Shown here piece by piece: positions 1 through 8,733 of a DNA stretch of 13,333 nucleotides. Position 1 is the first letter of the stretch. Each line of letters opens with the position of its first letter. The position numbers and the translations under genes were made by a program. The DNA is from Octopus sinensis (taxonomy: Eukaryota): contig NW_021826172.1 of assembly GCF_006345805.1 (NCBI RefSeq), forward strand, positions 1-13,333, in the 5' to 3' direction. The notes under the pieces are model-generated. The model worked only from the letters and a program-made list of their open reading frames with translations, made no database searches and was not told the origin of the DNA.

Positions 1-442
1 AAATCGATTTCGATTCCTATGGTAGAAGCAAAATATAGAAGAATGAATTAGCAGATCAATCAATTGATACTTCAACATCCATTGTCATATCATTCAGATA
101 CTTTTTACATAGAAAGAAACTACCCAGCATTTAATATGACAAGTGAAAAAATAAAATTCTATCTGAATTAAATGGAACTCCATACAGCATATTTATAAAG
201 GTTTCAGTAAGTCAGATCATATTTAATGCATATAACATATTAATATGCTTAAAACATATTTAGTTCTGCAGCAGCAAAAAAAAAAAAAAATATATATAGA
301 GAAAGAAAGGAAATCTATTGAAAATATTTTTTCGCTATCTATTGGAGGTTTACAATAGCGGACTGCTAAGTCACTAAGTTTGAACACAGACATTAACATA
401 CGCGAACATATTCATAAGTGAAGTAGCTCAATATCATGAAGT

Positions 443-540
443 AGCGCAGCTTGAATTAAAGCTGTTGCACTCACTAATGTAAAGATAGGAGTTCGATTCT
501 CGGGCGGACATCGTGTGTGTCTTAAGTAGAATATGTGTGT
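443..540 (+). mobile_element. Degenerate tRNA-derived SINE head (relic)
   Basis: Good Pol III B-box GTTCGATTC at 491-499, preceded by a decayed A-box-like region (AGCGCAGCTTGAATT) and followed by a GTGTGTCTTAAGTAGA segment reminiscent of SINE bodies. No intact tRNA cloverleaf. Confidence 0.45.
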
Positions 541-708
541 TAATCTTGAAATAGATTGACATCACTTCTTGGAGAAATCTAAGTCTCTCAATCATTTATA
601 TTCTCAAAATAACGTCAGGAAAATATCTGGCTTAATGACCCACATATGCTTGAGAGTTGTAGACTAACCGCCATATTCGAATAACTCTCTGTGCTCGTTG
701 TTTATGTT

Positions 709-749
709 ATGATCATGCTTATATATATATATATATATATTATATTTTC

Positions 750-795
<46 letters not shown>

Positions 796-811
796 CATGC
801 TTATATATATA
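709..811. repeat. Interrupted (TA)n microsatellite with ATGATCATGCTT motifs
   Basis: TA runs at 721-811; ATGATCATGCTT at 709-720 and 791-802. Confidence 0.9.
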
Positions 812-1102
812 GTACACCATAAGAGGCTTCCAAATAGGAAAGTGGTGTGTTAGAAAGAGCACGTAGAATCTTGAAAACCACCAAAAAAGGATAAATTCTC
901 GAAAGGAATGAAAAATTAACGTTTACCATCCAACTATTTCCCAGACCATGGTTCTAAACTATTTCCAAAAAAAAATATTCGCTGAAGGACAGTTTCATCA
1001 GTGGGTAGCCTTAGATTTCAGACTACAGACAGCCAGATCCACATGTAGAAACTAAGGGTTTGTGAATCCTAACTTTCAAACCATTGCAATCTGTCACCGG
1101 TA

Positions 1103-1105
<3 letters not shown>

Positions 1106-1138
<33 letters not shown>

Positions 1139-1283
1139 GTCTCTCTGTCTATCTATCGTACCCCTATATATATATATATCTATATGATACATGCTTTTAT
1201 ATATTATATATATATATATATATTATATATATATATATGATCATGCGTATATATATATATATATATATACGCGCAGCAGCAGC

Positions 1284-1314
<31 letters not shown>

Positions 1315-1490
1315 GAAGAAGAAGAAGAAAGAGAGGAGGAGGGGAGGATGGGAGAGAAGAAGAAGCAGAAGAAGCAAGAAGAGAGAAAGAAGAAGAAGAA
1401 GAAGAAGAAGAAAGAAGCAGAAGAAGAAGAAGAAGAGAAGAGAAGAAAGAAAGAAAGAAGAAAGAAGAGAAAAGAAGAAGAAGAAGAAGA
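1106..1490. repeat. Compound microsatellite: (CT)n, (TA)n, (GCA)n, degenerate (GAA)n
   Basis: (CT)n 1106-1136, interrupted (TA)n ~1165-1270, (GCA)n then GAA/GAG-rich tract ~1273-1490. This explains the poly-E/K/R/F ORFs. Confidence 0.95.
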
Positions 1491-1518
1491 TGGGACTTGT
1501 TATAGTCAACGATTGAAT

Positions 1519-1592
1519 GATTACACATTTTATAGATCTTAGAATGATGGAAGGCAAAACAGATCTGGCTGAATTTTCACTCACATTTGTCT
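1519..1592 (-). mobile_element. Degenerate minus-strand copy of the SINE family found at 8210-9307
   Basis: Reverse complement TGTGAGTGAAAATTCAGCCAGATCTGTTTTGCCTTCCATCATTCTAAGATCTATAAAA aligns by eye to TCTGAGTTCAAATTCCGCCGAGGTCGACTTTGCCTTTCATCCTTTCGGGGTCGATTAAA (8962-9020). Confidence 0.55.
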
Positions 1593-2066
1593 CATTTTGT
1601 GTTTGATAAGATTGCCGGAACTGTTGGCTGGAGACAGTGATCTGAACCCGTGCGATAACATACATAGTATAGTATTAGCAATGCTTCAGTTACACTTAAG
1701 TTCAAGAGATACTTCATATGAATAACTCAATGGCTCCTCTACTAAGACAAGTACTAAGACATTCGGCGCGTATTATTAGCTTAAAATCTAGGTTTAAAAT
1801 TGAAACAGTAATGTTTTAGTATGTCTATGTATAACAAGTTTAGTAAGTTCCCATAATTTATACATCGATTCGAAAAGATAACGTTAGTCTATTCTCTGCA
1901 TAGCAAAGTTTGCTATATGGAAAAGAAGATTCTACAATGTATGCGATAGTGCGGAAATGCAAACATAAGTAATATTATGTATGATTCCAACAGACAATTA
2001 CACGCATATGAACACAAAATGACACACATATATACATGTGTATGTGTGTGTATTTTTGTATGTATG

Positions 2067-2092
<26 letters not shown>
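2067..2092. repeat. (TA)n microsatellite abutting the left end of the fold-back
   Basis: Pure TA run running directly into TATAAAATATTATTAGAGAC, the start of the left arm. Confidence 0.95.
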
Positions 2093-2098
<6 letters not shown>

Positions 2099-2183
2099 TA
2101 TTAGAGACAAAACCACTATTTTGCAAAACAAACAGGAAAAACTTAATCAATACATAAATTTTAATAAATAGTCAAAATAACCG

Positions 2184-2226
2184 CCACTACAATTGTTTCT
2201 TGTCTTGATCGACAATCTTCAGGTGG
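2184..2226 (-). ncRNA. Minimal type I hammerhead ribozyme motif (copy 1)
   Basis: Minus strand reads CCAC-CUGAAGA-UUGUC-GAUCAA-GACAA-GAAA-C-AAUU-G-UA/GUGG: core CUGANGA, 5-bp stem II, GAAA, short stem III, GUA cleavage triplet, 4-bp stem I (CCAC/GUGG). Predicted cut between 2188 and 2187. Confidence 0.85.
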
Positions 2227-2316
2227 ACTTCCAATCTAAAATATCAATATTTTAAAATATAAAAATAATAATTTTTAAAATAATTAAAGTATGAATGAAA
2301 AAAAATATAAATAATA

Positions 2317-2434
2317 ATCCATATATAACCTATATATAATCCATATATAATCAATATATAAACAATATATAAACTAAAATAAACCTATCAACAATTAAAT
2401 ATAAAATATAAAATATAAAATATAAAATATAAAA
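2317..2434. repeat. Short tandem repeats inside the arm: ~11-12-mer (ATCCATATATA-like) and (TATAAAA)n
   Basis: About five degenerate 11-12-nt units at ~2317-2373 and about five TATAAAA units at ~2398-2434. Mirrored in the right arm at ~7094-7210. Confidence 0.8.
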
Positions 2435-2665
2435 CAAAACAAAAAAATAATAATTATATAATAATAAACTATATATACACCCATACACATATACCTAATT
2501 ATATATAACCATATCTAACTACATACACTAAATCACAACCCTATATATATATCCCTATACATACACATAAAAACGTCTAGGCAACTATAAATAATAAAAT
2601 AGCTAAATACTTCAACACAATACTTATTCATACTCCCACACACACACACATACAACCCACATTCA

Positions 2666-4257
2666 CGCTCTAGAAAAACGGACATCACTTAAAATTATGA
2701 ACGGAGAAATGGAATAAATGGAATTAAAAATTATATTCACTTGGTAAAACGAACACTACTTAAAAATTATGAATGAAACAATGCAATAAAACAACAGACA
2801 TCGCAAATAGACACAAATTACTACGAATTCCTTAACAAACCTACCATGATAAACCAAAACTATAAAAACATATAATGATAAAATCTCCCTTTACTAAACT
2901 CTATAACATACCTATATAGCAATCCCCCTAACCTAAACATTCACACACAAATACACACACGTAAACCACACACCCACGACATATACAAATACCCACACCA
3001 CTTACACATACCTATACATACATATAAACCTCAACATATACTCCAAAAACCCACTCAACCCCACACAGACAAATAAACACAAAAATTATGAATGGATTCT
3101 TTTATAAAACTACCATGATAAGCTAAAACTCACAAAACATAAATGATAAAACCTCCCTTTACTAAACACTATAACATACTTATATAGCAATCCCTTTAAC
3201 CTATACATTCACACACAAATACACACACGTAAACCACACACCCATAACAAATACAAACACCCACCCCACTCACACACACCCACAAGTACATATAAGCCTC
3301 AACATATACACCAAACAAAATTACTTTACCAAGGAACTTAACATATGTATAAAAAGTATAACCGCTCTGGAAACGAACATCTTTTAAAATAATGAATGGA
3401 GAAATGGAATAAATGGAATTAAAAATAATATTCACGTGGCAAAACGAACACCACTCAAAAATTATGAATGAAACAATGTAATAAAAAACATCAACATCGA
3501 AAATAGACAAATTACCACGAATTCCCTAAAAAAACCATGATAAACCAAAACTCTTAAAAACATATAACGATAAAATCTCCCTTTGCTAAACTCTATAAAC
3601 AAACCTATATAGCAATCCCCCAAACAAACATTCACACACAAAAACACACACGTAAACCACAGACCCACGACTTATACACATACCTATACTAACTTATAAA
3701 CCTCAATATACACCAAAAACCCACTCCCCTCCCCCACAGACAAATTAACACATACATCCCAAAACCTAAATAACAAACCCATATACACATTCACACACAA
3801 AACACACACACACGCAAAACACACACACACAAACAGATACATATACTCCCTCACATATACGCATATACATACTCACTAAACTCGATATATACAACAATAT
3901 TTACACACCCACACTCATACAGATAAATAATTATACAACTAAAAACTCACACACAATCTCATATACATAAACACTCCAAAAAAAAACAACATTAAATACA
4001 TCGTAATTAACCAGAATATCAAAAATAACAATATGACATAAGGAGAAATAAAATACATACTTACAAGTCAGTTTCAAATTATGAAGTGAAATTAAATTCT
4101 TAGCCGTTAAAAAACCAAACCAAAATTACGTTACCATAGAAATATAACTTATGTAAAAAAAGAATACGCGCCATGGAAAGTAAACGTCATTTAAAATTAT
4201 GAATGGAGAAATAGAATAAATGGAACTAAAAACTATAGCCACGTGGCAAACCAACAC
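2666..4257 (+). repeat. Hierarchical diverged direct subrepeats (mirrored in the right arm)
   Basis: Module A (..AAAATTATGAAYGGAGAAATRGAATAAATGGAA..) at ~2666, ~3363, ~4167. Module B (CCATGATAA..CTCCCTTT..TATATAGCAATCCC) at ~2843, ~3113, ~3535. Each B is followed by CATTCACACACAAA..ACACACGTAAACCAC and a CCTCAAYATA.. module. Confidence 0.9.
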
Positions 4258-5273
4258 ATGCAATTCCAGGTACGCGCGAATTGCATGTGAGCCTCAACAT
4301 ATACACCAAACGGCCACTCCCGCCTTATACGGACAAATAAACACATACATCCCCAAAAATGGGCGTAATCCCACTCACACCAATCATATGTATACAATTA
4401 TACACACTAGAATAATACATAACTAACCCAAATATACAGAACATATTAAAAATCACCAACAAACCACCATCACAAATGAAACCTACACCCATACAATGAC
4501 AAAACTCCCCCCTCTATACCCAATTACACCCACATAGCAATCCCAATATATTCATCCATACATGGACGCACGTGCGTGAAGCACATGCACACAATAAATA
4601 CGTACAACCCCCCAATACACACTCATATACATACGTATCAAGCTCGACATCCACAGCAATACGCTTACACCCATCACACCCAGATGGGTGAATTGCACAA
4701 CCAGTGAACGCACACACACACGTGTGCGTATTTTGATTGTGCAACTCGCCCATATGCATGTATGTATGCGGGCGCGATTACATTGTTGCACATATCGAGC
4801 CCAACTAGCATGCATATGTACATGTGAGGGGGTACACGTACATGCCGTGCGCGTGTACCCCCTGCATTTATACCCGTGCGTGAATATACACATGGAGACT
4901 ACCACACAGGTACAAATGTGTATAGTAATGGGAGCCCCATCACTACACTCAATGTATACTCTCACCCATCCGCACGGATTGAAAGCGAATCTCCGGTGTA
5001 TATGTTGAGGCTTATATGTAGCGCTGTGGAGTTGAACGTCGTTGAAATTGTGAATGAATGGGTGGAGTTGGGAATTGTAACGGGTGGTGGGCTAGCGTTG
5101 CTTGGAATTGGGAATGGAATAGTGTAGTAGTAAGGCAGGCATCGAGAATAGATTTGGGTTACTGCAAGTTGTTTGTTAGAGAGCTGCTAAGATGAGCTAA
5201 AGCTCATAATTGTACATAATTTATTATGGTAGTTTTATTAAAGAATCCATTCATAATAAATTTTTTTTAAGTA
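4258..5273. other. 1016-bp spacer/loop of the fold-back, CpG- and hairpin-rich
   Basis: Not symmetric overall. Contains several local stem-loops, fragments of arm modules and the point where strand skew reverses. Confidence 0.85.
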
Positions 5274-7431
5274 GTGTTGGTTTGCCACGTGGATATAGTT
5301 TTTAGTTCCATTTATTCTATTTCTCCATTCATAATTTTAAATGACGTTTACTTTCCATGGCGCGTATTCTTTTTTTACATAAGTTATATTTCTATGGTAA
5401 CGTAATTTTGGTTTGGTTTTTTTAACGGCTAAGAATTTAATTTCACTTCATAATTTGAAACTGACTTGTAAGTATGTATTTTATTTCTCCTTATGTCATA
5501 TTGTTATTTTTGATATTCTGGTTAATTACGATGTATTAATGTTGTTTTTTTTATTGGAGTGTTTATGTATATGAGATTGTGTGTGAGTTTTTAGTTGTAT
5601 AATTATTTATCTGTATGAGTGTGGGTGTGTAAATATTGTTGTATATATCGAGTTTAGTGAGTATGTATATGCGTATATGTGAGGGAGTATATGTATCTGT
5701 GGTGTGTGTGTTTTGCGTGTGTGTGTGTTGTGTGTGTGTGAATGTGTATATGGGTTTGTTATTTAGGTTTTGGGATGTATGTGTAATTTGTCTGTGTGGG
5801 GGGGAGTGGTTTTTGGTGTATATTGAGGTTTATAAGTTAGTATAGGTATGTGTATAAGTCGTGGGTCTGTGGTTTACGTGTGTGTTTTTTGTGTGTGAAT
5901 GTTTAGGTAGGGGGATTGCTATATAGGTTTGTTATAGAGTTTAGCAAAGGGAGATTTTATCGTTATATGTTTTTAAGAGTTTTGGTTTATCATGGTTTTT
6001 TTTAGGGAATTCGTGGTAATTTGTCTATTTTCGATGTTGGTTGTTTTATTACATTGTTTCATTCATAATTTTGAGTGGTGTTCGTTTTGCCACGTGAATA
6101 TTATTTTTAATTCCATTTATTCCATTTCTCCATTCATTATTTAAAAGATGTTCGTTTCCAGAGCGGTTATACTTTTTATACATATGTTAAGTTCCTTGGT
6201 AAAGTAATTTGTTTTTGGTGTATATGTTGAGGCTTATATGTACTTGTGGGTGTGTGTGTGAGTGGGGTGGGTGTTTGTATTTGTTATGGGTGTGTGGTTT
6301 ACGTGTGTGTATTTGTGTGTGAATGTATAGGTTAAAGGGATTGCTATATAAGTATGTTATAGTGTTTAGTAAAGGGAGGTTTTATCATTTATGTTTTGTG
6401 AGTTTTAGCTTATCATGGTAGTTTTATAAAAGAATCCATTCATAATTTTTGTGTTTATTTGTCTGTGTGGGGTTGAGTGGGTTTTGGAGTATATGTTGAG
6501 GTTATATGTATGTATAGGTATGTGTAAGTGGTGTGGGTATTTGTATATGTCGTGGGTGTGTGGTTTACGTGTGTGTATTTGTGTGTGAATGTTTAGGTTA
6601 GGGGGATTGCTATATAGGTATGTTATAGAGTTTAGTAAAGGGAGATTTTATCATTATATGTTTTTATGAGTTTTGGTTTATCATGGTAGGTTTGTTAAGG
6701 AATTCGTAGTAATTTGTGTCTATTTGCGATGTCTGTTGTTTTATTGCATTGTTTCATTCATAATTTTTAAGTAGTGTTCGTTTTACCAAGTGAATATAAT
6801 TTTTAATTCCATTTATTCATTTCTCCGTTCATATTTTAAGTGATGTCCGTTTTTCTAGAGCGTGAATGTGGGTTGTATGTGTGTGTGTGTGGGAGTATGA
6901 ATAAGTATTGTGTTGAAGTATTTAGCTATTTTATTTATTTATAGTTGCCTAGACGTTTTTATGTGTATGTATAGGGATATATATAGGGGTGTGATTTAGT
7001 GTATGTAGTTAGATATGGTATATATAATTAGGTATATGTGTGTTGGGTGTATATATAGTTTATTATTATATAATTATTATTTTTTTGTTTTGTTTTATAT
7101 TTTATATTTTATATTTTATATTTTATATTTAATTGTTGATAGGTTTATTTTAGTTTATATATTGTTTATATATTGATTTATATGGATTATATATAGGTTA
7201 TATATGGATTATATATTTATATTTTTTCATTCATACTTTAATTATTTTAAAATTATTATTTTTATATTTTAAATATTGATATTTTAGATTGGAAGTCCAC
7301 CTGAAGATTGTCGATCAAGACAAGAAACAATTGTAGTGGCGGTTTTTTGACTATTTATTAAATTTTATGTATGATTAAGTCTTTCCTGTTTGTTTTGCAA
7401 AATAGTGGTTTGTCTCTAATAATATTTTATA
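5274..7431 (-). repeat. Right arm of long inverted repeat (2158 bp)
   Basis: Reverse complement of 2089-4257; 5274-5510 vs 4021-4257 showed only one substitution by eye. Confidence 0.97.
7297..7339 (+). ncRNA. Minimal type I hammerhead ribozyme motif (copy 2)
   Basis: CCAC 7297-7300, CTGAAGA 7301-7307, stem II TTGTC 7308-7312 / GACAA 7319-7323, GAAA 7324-7327, C-AATT-G 7328-7333, TA 7334-7335, GTGG 7336-7339. Predicted cleavage after 7335. Identical to copy 1. Confidence 0.85.
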
Positions 7432-7442
7432 ATATTTTACTA

Positions 7443-7500
7443 TAAAATTGGATTTATCCTAAATCTGATTTTTTCCCTGTAAATTTGGATTATTCCCTAA
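7443..7500 (+). repeat. Three degenerate ~17-21 bp direct repeats just outside the right arm
   Basis: TAAAATTGGATTTATCC / TAAATCTGATTTTTTCCCTG / TAAATTTGGATTATTCCCTAA. Confidence 0.65.
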
Positions 7501-7562
7501 TATTTATATTATATATATTATATATATATATATAAATACATACATATATATACATATATATT

Positions 7563-7597
<35 letters not shown>

Positions 7598-7700
7598 ATA
7601 TTAGTATGTATTGTGTATGTAATATGTTTATATGTATATATGTATGTAAATGTATATGAATGTATGAGTATATATGTGTGTATGGGTGTGTACATGTTGA
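7501..7700. repeat. Degenerate (TA)n/(TATG)n/(TG)n microsatellite
   Basis: Direct inspection. Confidence 0.9.
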
Positions 7701-8084
7701 TGTGAGAGATTGTATGTGTGCTGATGTCTATAAAGCACTCAATGTTAAACGAATTTGGTTGAATACATCCAATAATCAGATACATATAAATACAAGAAGA
7801 ATGCACGTCCAGGTTAATTCCAGGTGTATGACTAGTAAATCCAAATATCGTTTAGAAGAATTCCAAGAATTTCGGAATTTAAGACGACAAAAGAACACAT
7901 ACACACACAATTTGTGAGGACAATAGATGGACGTAGAAATATTGACTTTCAAAGAATAATTAAGTTGACTGTCACAAAAAATGCTGCTCGAATTAAATTG
8001 ACTCATTATGAAGTATTATCAGGATAATCGAAAAACAATTTAAATGGAAATAGTCTGATACACATACAACAGACGCACAAAAGT

Positions 8085-8158
8085 ACACACAACACACAGA
8101 CATCTCTCTCTGTCAAACACACACACTCGCACACATACACACACACTTACACACACAT
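8085..8158. repeat. Degenerate (CA)n microsatellite
   Basis: Direct inspection. Confidence 0.85.
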
Positions 8159-8209
8159 TGTCAGTATACGTTTGTGAGATCTCTGAAAATTATTCTGAAG
8201 AACACTCGA

Positions 8210-8429
8210 GAAGGTGTGCTGACAGGTTCGTTAGCACGCTGGAGAGGATACTTAGCGGCATTTCGTCTGTATTTGTGTTCTGATTTCAAATTCCTCCGAG
8301 GTCAAGTTTGCTTTCACCGTCTCGGGGATCGATGAAATAAGTACCAGTTGAATACTGGGGTGGGTGAAATCGATTATTCTCTTTCATCACAAAATTCCAG
8401 GCCTTCTGCGTCTAATTGGAGAATTATTA
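8210..8429 (+). mobile_element. Diverged tRNA-derived SINE-like element
   Basis: Head (GTTCGTTAGCACGC..CTTAGCGGCATTTCGTCTG), decayed B-box (TTTCAAATTCC) and body (CCGAGGTCAAGTTTGCTTTCA..AAATAAGTACCAGTT..ACTGGGG) are homologous to the copies at 8734-9307. Confidence 0.75.
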
Positions 8430-8441
8430 CAAAGAACATTT

Positions 8442-8511
8442 AAGCCAACGAGGTGGCAGAATCGTTACTACGACGACAGGAATGCTTTGCCATATTTCGT
8501 CTGTATTTACG
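8442..8511 (+). mobile_element. 5' fragment of the same SINE family
   Basis: A-box-like TGGCAGAATCG followed by AATGCTTTGCCATATTTCGTCTG, matching the heads at 8210 and 9156. Confidence 0.6.
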
Positions 8512-8733
8512 CCACTCTGCGATCGAATTCTGCTGATGTACCACTACAGAATCTGCACTCAACCATTTTGAATGTAAATCATGTATATTTTTCATTAAGT
8601 CATTTATTATATTTTTCGAGTTATTCTCTTGTTGCTATCGCTGTCGTCGTTGCTGTTGCTATCTTTGCTATTATTGTCGCTGCTATTCAATTTCGTGTGG
8701 GCGCCTGCATATTGTTGATAATTCTCACGCCTT

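Larger units (their letters stand above)
2089..4257 (+). repeat. Left arm of long inverted repeat (2169 bp)
   Basis: Reverse complement of 5274-7431 in every segment compared. Outer boundary 2089/7431, inner boundary CCAACAC 4251-4257 / GTGTTGG 5274-5280. Differences seen are mostly single-base indels in homopolymers. Confidence 0.97.
2089..7431. mobile_element. ~5.3 kb non-coding fold-back structure; putative non-autonomous Penelope-like/retrozyme-like element
   Basis: Long inverted arms, hammerhead motifs near both outer ends, internal subrepeats, no credible ORF and TA-rich flanks. The structure is directly seen; the mobile-element class is inferred. Confidence 0.5.

Noticed and set aside
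443-540. Functional tRNA gene
   Set aside because: Only the B-box is intact; no cloverleaf or poly-T terminator. Better explained as a SINE relic.
938-1005. Minus-strand CCCA-CUGAUGA..GAAU..GUC-UGGG hammerhead-like motif
   Set aside because: GAAU instead of GAAA, mis-registered 3-bp stem II and no stem III pairing across ~30 nt; probably chance.
2666-4257. CRISPR array
   Set aside because: Eukaryote-like context; repeats are long, diverged and irregular with no unique constant-length spacers; no cas genes.
4258-5273. Missed SMRTbell/hairpin adapter at the palindrome centre
   Set aside because: No adapter-like sequence, and the spacer is 1 kb and contains element modules. Other chimera types remain possible.
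2089-7431. NUMT or mitochondrial control region (suggested by the A/C vs G/T skew)
   Set aside because: No mitochondrial tRNA, rRNA or protein fragment recognised, and the hammerhead ends point elsewhere. A BLAST against mitogenomes would settle it.
2089-7500. Telomere-associated Athena/Terminon insertion
   Set aside because: No telomeric repeat tract at either end and no ORFs; only the hammerhead and fold-back features are shared.
8195-8225. CTGAAGA followed by an ACAC/GTGT stem
   Set aside because: No GAAA after the stem, and it overlaps a SINE head; not a hammerhead.
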